Shown: positions 26,541 to 35,696, counted from the stretch's first letter. The stretch: DNA of 64,000 nucleotides from Candidatus Spongiisociaceae bacterium (GCA_965219685.1 CBDCOH010000002.1:3557064-3621063); one strand, 5' to 3'. The notes: generated by a model not told the origin, from the sequence alone. A program made the numbers and translations.

Positions 26541-27182
26541 CTACCGCCCGAAGAACTTGTCGAACAGTTCAATCTGGCCGTCTCGAAGGCTGGCAACTTC
26601 CGTCTTGACGCCGGCGACGTCGTTTTGGAGACCGCCGATGTCCTCTCGAATGCTGGCGACCTCGGTTTTGACGCCGGCGACGTCGTTTTGGAGACCGCCG
26701 ATGTCCTCTCGAATGCTGGCGACCTCGGTTTTGACGCCGGCGACGTCGTTTTGGAGACCGCCGATGTCCTCTCGAATGCTGGCGACCTCGGTTTTGACGC
26801 CGGCGACGTCGTTTTGGAGACCGCCGATGTCCTCTCGAATGCTGGCGACCTCGGTTTTGACGCCGGCGACGTCGTTTTGGAGACCGCCGATGTCCTCTCG
26901 AATGCTGGCGACCTCGGTTTTGACGCCGGCGACGTCGTTTTGGAGACCGCCGATGTCCTCTCGAATGCTGGCGACCTCGGTTTTGACGCCGGCGACGTCG
27001 TTGCGGATGGTGGCCACGTCCTGTTGGAGGTCGGTGATGTCCTTGCGGATGGTTTGCTGCCCGGTCTCGATGTTGTCCAGCCGGTCGAGGATCTGTGTGA
27101 GAATGCCAGCTAGCGCCTCGAAGGCCGCGTCTGTCCTGGCATTGCCCGTTGTGGGGAACCGAACGACTGCGGATTGGGCCAT
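26541..27182 (-). CDS. Coiled-coil protein with 21-aa tandem repeats (DVAGVKTEVASIREDIGGLQN x6)
   Basis: ATG 27180-27182 is preceded by RBS aaggggga. The repeat period is 21 aa, which is 3 heptads. No TM segment or signal peptide was seen. No family was recognised. Confidence 0.65.
   Translation of the reverse strand: MAQSAVVRFPTTGNARTDAAFEALAGILTQILDRLDNIETGQQTIRKDITDLQQDVATIRNDVAGVKTEVASIREDIGGLQNDVAGVKTEVASIREDIGGLQNDVAGVKTEVASIREDIGGLQNDVAGVKTEVASIREDIGGLQNDVAGVKTEVASIREDIGGLQNDVAGVKTEVASIREDIGGLQNDVAGVKTEVASLRDGQIELFDKFFGR
26592..27000 (-). repeat. 63-bp tandem repeat, about 6.5 copies, five of them identical (26655-26969)
   Basis: The unit ggcgacctcggttttgacgccggcgacgtcgttttggagaccgccgatgtcctctcgaatgct restarts at 26655, 26718, 26781, 26844, 26907 and 26970. 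Confidence 0.95.
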
Positions 27183-27522
27183 GAACGTTCCCCCTTACCT
27201 GTGATCGCTTATAGGGTAACTATACCACCCGACCGTTAGATACCGTCAACAAGGTTGGACATCTAACTGGTTCAAGTTTTTCGACTCCAACGAAAAGTGG
27301 AAATACCAGGCGCTTTGCGTGGGGCGGATCAATACGGATGGGACGAGGATGATCGCCGTGTCCGGACCGGCGGCGATGTTTGTGCTCGCGGCACCCTTGA
27401 CTATGCACGATGGGTGTGACAGCGGCAACCCCTACTCGCACTCGAACGGGACTAACCGGTGGGCACACAGGATCCGCCGCTCGAGACCCCGCCTAGGTGC
27501 CGGCGGGGCTGCCAGTGGGTCC

Positions 27523-28638
27523 CTACTCCAGCCTGTCGACCAATCTCTGGAACTTGCCGGCGGAGAAGGACACGGGAGTGTCCTCCACCCGGTTGCCGGT
27601 CTTGTCGATCAGCAGGGCCCGGGATGTGTACGGGCCGCCGTAATGTCTCCACACCGCGTTGGAGCCGTCCCAGAGGTTGGTGAAGGTCAGCCCGTAACGT
27701 CGAACGAAGCCCTCGCCGGAACTCCGGGGATTCCAATGATCCGGGTTGATACCCACCACTGTGACCTTGTCTGTGTTCTTGCGAGCGAACTGCTCGACCT
27801 CCGGAGCATGCCTCCGGCAAGTCGGTCACCATTCCGCCCAGAACCAGAACAGCACCCCCTTGTCGCCCGTGAACAGCGAGCGGAGGTTGACGGTCTCGCC
27901 GCTGGAGAGGTCGGTCAGGTCGACATCGGGGACGTCGTCGGAGATGGTGACCGGTTCGGGCTCGGTCGTCTGGTCGTCCTGTTTGAGCAGCGCCCGGTGC
28001 AGGAAGGTGGCCATCTCGGCTCGGGTGACCGAATCGTGGGGGCAGTAGCGGAGCGGGCCGGTCGCGCATCCGGTGGTGATCCCGGCTGTGGCCAGGGCGT
28101 CGATGTTCGGCGCGTGGGTGTTGCCTGCGGTGTCCGTGAAGCCGGCCGGGCCGGCGGGTTCGAGAGCGAAGGCACGGGTGAGGAAGGTGGCCATCTCGGC
28201 TCGGGTGACGGCCTGGTCGGGGCAGTAGCGGAGCGGGCCGGTGGCGCATCCTTTGGTGATCTCACGGTCGGCGAGTTCCTCCGCGTAGCGCGACCACCAC
28301 TCTGAGGCGTCCACGTCGTCGAAGCGGGAGGTCCCTCCGGCGGTGACGTCGCCGCCGAGGACCCGGATCAGCCATACGGCCATGACCCATCGCTCGATCT
28401 TCTCCTGCGGGCAGAATTCGCCTTCCCCGCACTCGGTGCCCTCGAACACGCCCGACTCGGCCAGGGCATTGATCGCCGGCTCGTGGAAGTCGCCCGCACC
28501 GACATCGGAGAACCCGTCCGCGCCCCCGGCCGGCGGGGAGGCCAGAAGCGACGCCAGCAGTACCACGACCAGCGCCAACGGGGCGGCCCGACGGCGCCCG
28601 GGCGATGCTGTGTGCTCACGGGTTGTCACGGCTGCCAC
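27523..28638 (-). CDS. Exported SLH-like x3 plus TlpA/redoxin-type thioredoxin-fold protein with in-frame TGA (candidate Sec) at the CxxC position: W-U-P-T-C
   Basis: ORFs 27826-28638 and 27523-27759 are in the same frame, with no other stop between them. TGA at 27826-28 reads ..VLFWFWAEW[TGA]PTCRRHAPEVEQFARKNTDKVTVVGINPD... Signal peptide LALVVVLLASLLASPPAGGA. Confidence 0.7.
27782..27796 (-). promoter_or_regulatory. Candidate SECIS-like hairpin CGAGC-AGUUC-GCUCG, 29 nt 3' of the UGA (gene A)
   Basis: The identical 15-mer occurs at the identical spacing in all three paralogs. An additional hairpin CCGGAG-GCAUG-CUCCGG lies 8-25 nt after the UGA in this gene. Confidence 0.4.
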
Positions 28639-28805
28639 CCCCCTGTCGGGTCGGGCCTCATGATAGTTCTCCGGATGGGTCCGGTGTCGGATACCACCCG
28701 GCGCCCGTGGACGGGATGCCGGCCAGCCGTGTCGACGAGGCCGGAGGATTCAGGACCGGGTCCGGGGCGATCCCCCACGTGCGCAGTCGGTCGTCACGAA
28801 CCGGA

Positions 28806-29915
28806 CTACTCCAACGCCGCCAGCAACCTGTCGATCAGGTCCGGGTCGAAGTACGAGTATTGAGGCGAGGGCACCGGGTTGCCCTCCCGGTCGACGAAGC
28901 GGAACCTCACCCGGTCGCCCTGCTTGCGCAGCAGCCGGAACTCGGACCAGGACCCGATCCCGTAGTGCGCTGTCGTTGCCCAGGGCTGATCGTCGCGAAG
29001 GATCGGAAAGGTCAAGCCGTGGGTGGCCACGAAGTTCGTGATCGCGTTAGGAGAATCCTCGGAGTTGATCCCTATGACCTTGACCCTATGGGTGTTGTCA
29101 CGAGCGAACTGCTCGACCGCGGCCGCTTCCCGCCGGCATCTCGGTCAGCCAGGCGAGAAGAACCAGAGCAGGAGGGGCTTGTCGCCGGTGACGAACGAGC
29201 GGAGGCTCACGGTGTCTCCCGTGGAGACGTCGGTCAGGTCTGTGTCGGGGACATCGTCGGAGATGGCGACCGGTTCGGGTCCGGTCATCCGGTCGTTCTG
29301 TTTGAGCAGGGCCTGGTGGAGAAAGGTGGCCATCTGGGCTCGGGTGACCGCCTCGTTAGGGCAGTAGCGGAGGGGGTCGGTCGCGCATTCGCGGGTGATC
29401 CCGGCTGCGGCTAGGGCGTCGATGTCCGGCGCGTGGTGGTCGCCTTCGGTGTCCGTGAAGCCAGCCGGGCTGGCGGCTTCGAGGGCGAAGGCCCGGGTGA
29501 GGAAGCTGCCCATCTGGGCTCGGGTGACGTCCTGGTCGGGGCAGTAGCGGAGGGGGCCGGTGTCGCATCCTTTGGTGATCTCGCGGTCGGCGAGTTCCTC
29601 CGCGTGGCGCGACCACCATTCGGAGGCGTCCACGTCGGCGAAGCGGGAGGTCCCTCCGGCGGTGACGTCGCCGCCGAGGACTCGGATCAGCCATACGGCC
29701 ATGACCCATCGCTCGATCGGGTCCTGGGGGCAGAATTCGCCTTCCCCGCACTCGGTGCCCTCGAACACGCCCGACTCGGCCAGGGCGTTAATCGCCGGTT
29801 CATGGATGCCGCCCGCACCGACGTCGGAGAACCCGTCCGCGGCCCCGGCGGGGAGCGGACCCAGCACCGAGGCCACCAACACCACGGCTACCAGGACGGT
29901 CGGCCAACCCGTCAT
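28806..29915 (-). CDS. Exported SLH-like x3 plus thioredoxin-fold protein with in-frame TGA at the CxxC position: G-U-P-R-C
   Basis: ORFs 29145-29915 and 28806-29030 are in the same frame. TGA at 29145-47 reads ..LLLWFFSPG[TGA]PRCRREAAAVEQFARDNTHRVKVIGINSE..GLTFPILRDD... It is a close paralog of 27523-28638. Confidence 0.7.
29101..29115 (-). promoter_or_regulatory. Candidate SECIS-like hairpin (gene B)
   Basis: The same CGAGCAGUUCGCUCG lies 29 nt after the UGA. Confidence 0.4.
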
Positions 29916-29992
29916 GCGGCGGAGGCGTCAACCTATTGGGGCGGCGAATACCGGACCAGGTCCGATAGACCTGGTCGGCAGTGGACGCGGCG

Positions 29993-31027
29993 TCATACCA
30001 ACTCGTCCAATAGGTTCTCGACGCGGGTCCGGTCGTAGGGTTCGGTCCTCTCCATCAGCCGGTTGCCGAACGGATCCAGGAGCAGGAAGTCGGACGTGGC
30101 GTCCATCTCGTAGTGTTCCCATGCCTCACGGGAGTCGCTCCAGAGCACAGTGAAGGTGGTGCCCTTGTCAGCTACGAACTCCTGGGCTATCTCCAGGGTT
30201 CCTATGCCGCCGACGCCTATGACGATGAGGCGGTGGGAGTTGTCCCGAGCGAACTGCTCGATGGCCGGAGCCTCTTCGTTGCACGTCTCTCAGAACGGCG
30301 ACCAGAACCAGAACATGAGCGGCTTCTCGCCCTTGACCACCGACCGCAGGCTCACCAACTCGCCGGTAGCCGTGTCGAACATCCGGACGTCGGGCACGTC
30401 GTCGGAGATCTCGATCGTGAGCGGCGCCTCGGTGGTGGTCGGCGTGGGTGCCTGGGTGGTGGTAGGCGCCTGGGTGGTGGTGGTCGGTGGCTCGGTGGTG
30501 GTGGTCGGCGCTTGGGTGGTCGTGGTGGGCGCGTCGGTCGTGCTGGTCGTCGGCGCCTGGGTGGTGGATGTCGCCGGTGGTTCCTCGACGGTCGTGGAAG
30601 TCACGCCGGTCCCGGCCGTGTCGACGGTGGTGGAGGTGACTGCGGCGACCGTCGTGGCTGCGGCGGCCGTGGTGGTGGTGCTGTCCGGGACGGCCGATGT
30701 CGTCGTGGCGGCCCGGGCCGCGGTGGTGCTGGTTTCCGGCGCCGTCCCGTCCTCGGAGGGGTCGCGGTCAGCCACGCTGGTCCCGGGGTCGGGCATGGTG
30801 GTCCCGGTCGTGGTGGAGGCGCCGGCATCCACGGCGTCGGCTGCCACCGTGGTGGTGGTTCCGCTCCCGCAGGCGGCGACCATCAGGGCCGCTGCCACCA
30901 CCCCGGCGTACCAGCCGGGCAACGGACGGGTCGGCCGTCGCTCCCGTGGCCGACGAGACCGCCTCGGACCCGCGCCCCGGTCCGGATCGACCGTGGCGCT
31001 CCCGCCTTCGTCGGCGTGCTGGCCCAT
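29993..31027 (-). CDS. Lipoprotein-type thioredoxin-fold protein with a Thr/Ala/Pro-rich linker and in-frame TGA at the CxxC position: F-U-E-T-C
   Basis: Start ATG at 31025-27. The lipobox-like segment is AALMVAACGSG. TGA at 30290-92 reads ..KPLMFWFWSPF[TGA]ETCNEEAPAIEQFARDNSHRLIVIGVGG..TFTVLWSDS..FLLLDPFGNRL..DELV*. The frame is open to the TGA at 29993-95. Confidence 0.65.
30246..30260 (-). promoter_or_regulatory. Candidate SECIS-like hairpin (gene C)
   Basis: The same CGAGCAGUUCGCUCG lies 29 nt after the UGA. Confidence 0.4.
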
Positions 31028-31277
31028 GGAACAACGGCTCGGGCTGCGACGAACCGCGCGGGTGTCGCCTGTCACCCACCTTCTCGCTGTCACCGGCTAA
31101 GCATAGAGGCTGGTGAGAGTTGCCGATCGGGCAGTGCAGGGCCACCCGAGGGCCGCAGACGCCGGCTGCGCCGCCGCCGCCGAGGCTCGACCGCCCGCGG
31201 AGGGGTCGCGCAAGGGCAACCCGGCCGGATGGCGGTCGTATCCTCCCGCTACGATCCGGTTGGCCGATCAGGTACCG

Positions 31278-33806
31278 GTGTTGAGAGAAATCCTCAGAAG
31301 GGAGGGCGGCGCCCTCCGAGCCTCGTGGCTTGTCCTCGCGGGCGTCTCCGCAGCGCTGCTGCTGCTTGCCACGCCCGCGCGGGCGGAGTCGCCCTGCGGC
31401 TCCCCGACGGTGATTCCCGACGGCTCGGAAGCTCTGCGGTCCGACTGCGAGGTGCTGTGGGAGTTCTACACCGGTCTCGAAGACCCGGGCGTACTGGACG
31501 ATGCCGACAACCCCAACGCCTGGCTACCTACCATCCCGTTCGTCGAGTGGCAGGGACTCGAGGTCCGGAACGACCGGGTCGTAATCCTCTCCCTGTCCGG
31601 AGCCGAGTTGAAGGGACCCGTCTCCCCCGGCCTCGGTGGCCTGGCCGGCCTGCGGGCCCTCTACCTGAACTCCAACCAACTGACCGGTCCGATCCCCCCC
31701 GAACTGGGTGACCTCTCGGAGCTCGTCCTGCTGCAACTGGACGACAACGGGTTCACGGGACCGATACCCCCGGAGATAGGGCAACTGGCGGAGCTGGTCT
31801 ACCTTCTCCTGAACAGCAATGACCTCACGGGACCGATCCCGCCACAGTTAGGCGACCCCACCAAGCTGAAGTGGCTGTACCTGTTCGGCAACGAGCTGAG
31901 CGGGCCGATACCCGAGGAGCTGTCGCGCCTGGACGACCTCGAGAAACTCGCCCTGGGCGACAACCAGCTCACCGGGTCCATCCCGCCGGAGCTGGGGAGG
32001 CTCGTGAACCTGACCCTGCTGGCGCTCAACGACAACCAACTCAGCGGGTCCATCCCGCCGGAACTGGAGTCCCTGACCAAGCTGGAACAGCTGTATCTCC
32101 GCGGCAACCGGCTGACCGGTCCCATCCCTCCCGGCCTCGATCAGGTGCTCGAGCCCGCCGACAAGGACGAGATCGATCCCTTCTGGGCGGATCCGCTGGG
32201 TCTCATCGCCCACGCGGCCTACTACCGCCAGTACAGCCTCGGCTCGACTGTCTGGCACGTGTGGTTCTGCGATGTGCCGCTGGGCGACGCGCCCGTCGTG
32301 GCGAACGAGGTGGTGAGGCGCCTGAACCGGGAGGTGGTCTCCTACTTCGAGTGGGTGTCGGGCGACCGGTACCGGCCGAGCTTCCAAGCGGAGGGTTGGC
32401 TGGCCGGTGACAGCCGGTCGGACTGTGAGGCCGCGCTGGAGGCCGAGGACCCCGAGATGCCCATGCTCCTGGTCGAGAACAGCCCCGCCAACGACGGCTA
32501 CGCGGCGGGCCGGGGACTGGTGGTGCTAGGAGGCGGCACGGTCGTCCCGACACCGGGGTTCCGCCAGGCGCGCCTGTCGACCGTGGTCCACGAGATGGGC
32601 CATGCGTTGGGCTTCCCGCACTCCTTCGGCGGCAGGATCAGATGGTCGCCCGAGGGCCAGCTCAGCGGGGTCTACGAGTACGACAACCCGATGGACATGA
32701 TGAGCGGCGACCTCGCCCTGGGGCTCGACACCGGGACGATCGCCGCCAACCGGTACGCGGCGGGCTGGATCGAACCGGACGAGGTGGCGGTCCACGGGGC
32801 GGGAACGACAGCCGTCTACGAGCTCCGCCCGCCTGGTGCGGGCGGCACCCAGATGCTGGTCCTGCCGGGGAGGAGGCAGGGCGTGTTCACGGTGCTGGGA
32901 GCCAGGGTCGCCCTGGGTCATGATGTGGCCATCCCGCGAGCGGGGGTCGAGGCCTACCGCATCGACCAGAGGGAAGCGGCGTGCACCTACCCCTGGCGGG
33001 GCGCTTGCTCGGGAACCGAGCGGCGTACCCAGCCCTACCCGCCCGCCGAGCCGGGAGCAGGTTACGGCGACGATCTGGGCAGCCGCGGCCGGCGCCGCCT
33101 GGTCGATCACGTGTACCGCCCGGGCGACGTGTTCGAGATCGGCACGACCACGATCGAGGTGGTCGAGAAGGTCGGCAACAACTACCGGGTGCGGGTGGCG
33201 GACTCCTCTGCGCCGCCGCCCCCGCCGGAGCCCGCCCCCGGTCCGTCGTTCGACGGGCGCTTCTCCGACGACGACGGCAGCGTCCACGAAGCCGACATCG
33301 AAACGATCGCCGCGCTGGGCATCACCGTCGGCTGCAACCCGCCCGACAACAACCGTTACTGCCCCGGCGACGTCGTGACCCGGGCGCAGATGATGGCCTT
33401 CCTGGCCCGCGCCCTCGGCGAGGAGGGCGACCCCGAGGTGACTACCGGCCGGTTCTCCGACGTGCCCGACAACGCCTGGTACCTGCCGTACCTGGAGCGG
33501 CTGGCCGACCTCGGGGTGGTCGAACCCTACGAGGACGGCACCTTCCGCCCTGACGAGCCCATCACCCGGATCGACATGGCCGTGCTCCTAATGCGAGCAT
33601 TCCCGGGCATCGACGAGGTGACCGAACCCGAGGGAGTCTTCGTCGATGTGCCCGCAGACGCTCCGCACGCGGGGGCGGTCGAGGGCATCCTGGCGGCGGG
33701 GGTCACCAAAGGATGCTCCGAGGACCCACTCTCCTACTGTCCCGGCGGGGCCGTGCCCCGCGACCAGATGGCGTCCTTCCTGGCGCGAGCCCTGAAAGCC
33801 GGCTAG
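31278..33806 (+). CDS. Secreted plant-type LRR plus metzincin-like zinc protease plus 3 C-terminal SLH-like modules
   Basis: Probable GTG 31278 or TTG 31281 start before signal peptide LRASWLVLAGVSAALLLLATPARA. There are about 9 LRRs of the form LxxLxLxxNxLTGPIPPELGxL. The zinc motif is VVHEMGHALGFPHSFG (HExxHxxGxxH). C-terminal modules carry GC..P..YCP..VTRAQMMAFLARAL. Confidence 0.75.
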   Translation: MLREILRREGGALRASWLVLAGVSAALLLLATPARAESPCGSPTVIPDGSEALRSDCEVLWEFYTGLEDPGVLDDADNPNAWLPTIPFVEWQGLEVRNDRVVILSLSGAELKGPVSPGLGGLAGLRALYLNSNQLTGPIPPELGDLSELVLLQLDDNGFTGPIPPEIGQLAELVYLLLNSNDLTGPIPPQLGDPTKLKWLYLFGNELSGPIPEELSRLDDLEKLALGDNQLTGSIPPELGRLVNLTLLALNDNQLSGSIPPELESLTKLEQLYLRGNRLTGPIPPGLDQVLEPADKDEIDPFWADPLGLIAHAAYYRQYSLGSTVWHVWFCDVPLGDAPVVANEVVRRLNREVVSYFEWVSGDRYRPSFQAEGWLAGDSRSDCEAALEAEDPEMPMLLVENSPANDGYAAGRGLVVLGGGTVVPTPGFRQARLSTVVHEMGHALGFPHSFGGRIRWSPEGQLSGVYEYDNPMDMMSGDLALGLDTGTIAANRYAAGWIEPDEVAVHGAGTTAVYELRPPGAGGTQMLVLPGRRQGVFTVLGARVALGHDVAIPRAGVEAYRIDQREAACTYPWRGACSGTERRTQPYPPAEPGAGYGDDLGSRGRRRLVDHVYRPGDVFEIGTTTIEVVEKVGNNYRVRVADSSAPPPPPEPAPGPSFDGRFSDDDGSVHEADIETIAALGITVGCNPPDNNRYCPGDVVTRAQMMAFLARALGEEGDPEVTTGRFSDVPDNAWYLPYLERLADLGVVEPYEDGTFRPDEPITRIDMAVLLMRAFPGIDEVTEPEGVFVDVPADAPHAGAVEGILAAGVTKGCSEDPLSYCPGGAVPRDQMASFLARALKAG

Positions 33807-33855
33807 ACGAGTGGCTGGTGCTTGGTGGACAGTATTGCTGTTTTAATGCACCGGA

Positions 33856-33895
33856 CCATTCACCATTCACCACTCACCATTCACCATTCACCACC
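33856..33895 (-). repeat. Heptamer array (GGTGAAT/GGTGAGT on the minus strand) between convergent genes
   Basis: The plus strand reads ccattcaccattcaccactcaccattcaccattcaccacc. It lies about 105 nt downstream of the stop of the minus-strand gene 34001-35557. Confidence 0.85.
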
Positions 33896-34000
33896 TGGCT
33901 GGGTGCGGTCGCTTCCGGTCAGATCCTTTGGAACCACTCGGCTAGGACCCGGAGCACCGGCGAGACGTTGCGGCAGCGCCTCAGCGGTTGGGCGATCCTG

Positions 34001-35557
34001 TCAGCAGAAGGGGAGGTCCATCAAGCTGAAGTCGTTGCTGGTGTCCATCAGTCCCTGCGGTATGCATCCCTGAAACTGGTTCCCGCCGTAGAACCGCACG
34101 TAGTTGATCTCGGGAAGGTCACCCAGGGAGGCGGGGATGCGACCCTGCAACCTGTTGTTGGCCACATCCAGGAGGCGAAGTTTGGTGAGATTCCCCAGCT
34201 CGTCGGGAATCTCACCCGTGAGTCGGTTTTCGTTTAGCCACAGGTTGGCGAGGCGCGACAGTCTTCCAAGCTCCGGGGGGATGGGGCCTGTCAGTTGGTT
34301 CCTGGAAAGGATCAGCACCTCGAATTCCTCCAGGTCGCCCAACTCCGAAGGTATGGGACCGCTCAATCGGTTCCCCCCAAGGGACATCCACCAGAGCGAC
34401 TTCACCGTCCCGAGTTCGGCCGGGATGGCCCCTGTCAGCACGTTGTCGCGCAGGGACAGGACACCCAGGTTGGCGAACTCGCCGAATTCAGGTGGGATGC
34501 CTCCACTCAGCGCGTTGCCTCCCAGGGACAGCTGTTCCAGGCGGGTGAGTCCGGTCAACTCAACCGGGATGGGTCCGTCGAGCAGGTTGTCGGCGAGGAT
34601 GAGGGTCCTGAGTTGCTGGAGAGAGCCCAATTCGGAGGGCACCGACCCGGTGAGCCCATTCTCGCTCAGGTCAAGGGTCTCGAGCGCGGAGAGATCGGCC
34701 AGGATCGGCGGGAAGGGTCCCTCCAGCCCGTTGCCCTTCAGTTCCAGCTTCTTGACACGGTCGTCATCGTCGGTGGTGACACCGCCCCAAGCTTCCAGTT
34801 GGCCCCCTGTCAACCAGTTCTTCCTGCTGGTCCAGTTGTTGCCACTCGTCGTGTTGTAGAGGACCGCGAGGATGGCCCGGTCCGAGGTGCGGATGGCTCG
34901 GTGCAGGAACGTCGCCATCTCGGCGCGGGCCACGGGTCTGTCCGGGCAGTACTTCAGAGGGTCGGTGCTGCAGCCCGCGGTGATCCCGGCCGCGGCCAGC
35001 GCGTCGATGGCGGCTTCGTGGGTGTCGCCTCCGGTGTCGACGAACCCGGCGGAGGGCGCTTCTTCTATCTTCAGGGTGCGCACTAGGAACGTCGCCATCT
35101 CTCCCCTCGTCACCGCCCGATCGGGGCAGTAGCTCGGAGGGTCCGTCTTGCATCCGATCGTGATCTCGAGCCGGGCGATGCGCTCGGCGTAGGGTGACCA
35201 CCACTCATCGGCGGAGACATCGGCGAATCGGGAGGTGTCGGTGTTGTAAGGCTTGTAGCCGAACGCCCGCACCAGCCAGACCGCCATCACCCAGCGGTCG
35301 ACCGGATCCCAGGGGCAGAACATGTCCGTGTCGCACTCGGTGTCCTCGAAGTAGCCCCACTCGGCGAGGGTGTCGACCGCGGCCTGGAGTCCACCCGCCT
35401 CGGCCGAATCCGTGAAGAAGCCTTCCTCCTCGGTCGCCGCCGCGTCCGGGGCGAGCACCGTGCCGACCAGCGCCGCGACCAGGAGGAGGATCGTGCCGAC
35501 GAGGAGGCGGTGCGGGACTGATGAAGACTGCCGGAGATCGGTCTGCGGGATGCTCAT
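34001..35557 (-). CDS. Secreted protein with 3 N-terminal SLH-like modules and a C-terminal plant-type LRR domain
   Basis: Start ATG at 35555-57 with RBS gagg 6 nt upstream. Signal/TM segment LLVGTILLLVAALVGTVLAPDAAA. SLH-like modules include ..TIGCKTDPPSYCPDRAVTRGEMATFLVR. There are about 11 LRRs, for example LSLGGNALSGGIPPEFGEFANL. Confidence 0.75.
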   Translation of the reverse strand: MSIPQTDLRQSSSVPHRLLVGTILLLVAALVGTVLAPDAAATEEEGFFTDSAEAGGLQAAVDTLAEWGYFEDTECDTDMFCPWDPVDRWVMAVWLVRAFGYKPYNTDTSRFADVSADEWWSPYAERIARLEITIGCKTDPPSYCPDRAVTRGEMATFLVRTLKIEEAPSAGFVDTGGDTHEAAIDALAAAGITAGCSTDPLKYCPDRPVARAEMATFLHRAIRTSDRAILAVLYNTTSGNNWTSRKNWLTGGQLEAWGGVTTDDDDRVKKLELKGNGLEGPFPPILADLSALETLDLSENGLTGSVPSELGSLQQLRTLILADNLLDGPIPVELTGLTRLEQLSLGGNALSGGIPPEFGEFANLGVLSLRDNVLTGAIPAELGTVKSLWWMSLGGNRLSGPIPSELGDLEEFEVLILSRNQLTGPIPPELGRLSRLANLWLNENRLTGEIPDELGNLTKLRLLDVANNRLQGRIPASLGDLPEINYVRFYGGNQFQGCIPQGLMDTSNDFSLMDLPFC

Positions 35558-35696
35558 GGAAGGCCTCAACTGTGGTGCTCGGGTGCTTCCGGACGCTACC
35601 ACTTGTCTCCAGGATCGGGCATTCCCGCAATGGTGGGGATGGCTTGCTCGGGACGCCGACGTACGTTCGGACCCGGACGGGTATAGGGTTCCCATC

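Noticed and set aside
26592-27000. A 63-bp repeat array as a possible CRISPR locus
   Set aside because: The repeats are directly adjacent, with no unique spacers. They lie in-frame inside a well-supported ORF with an RBS. No cas genes are present in the window.
27523-31027. Interpreting the three TGA-interrupted thioredoxin-fold genes as pseudogenes or as separate short ORFs
   Set aside because: All three paralogs have the stop at the same catalytic Cys codon. Each keeps the same frame with no further stops, and protein-level conservation continues downstream. Coincident inactivation is far less likely than Sec recoding. Still, no Sec machinery is visible in this window, so the call stays a hypothesis.
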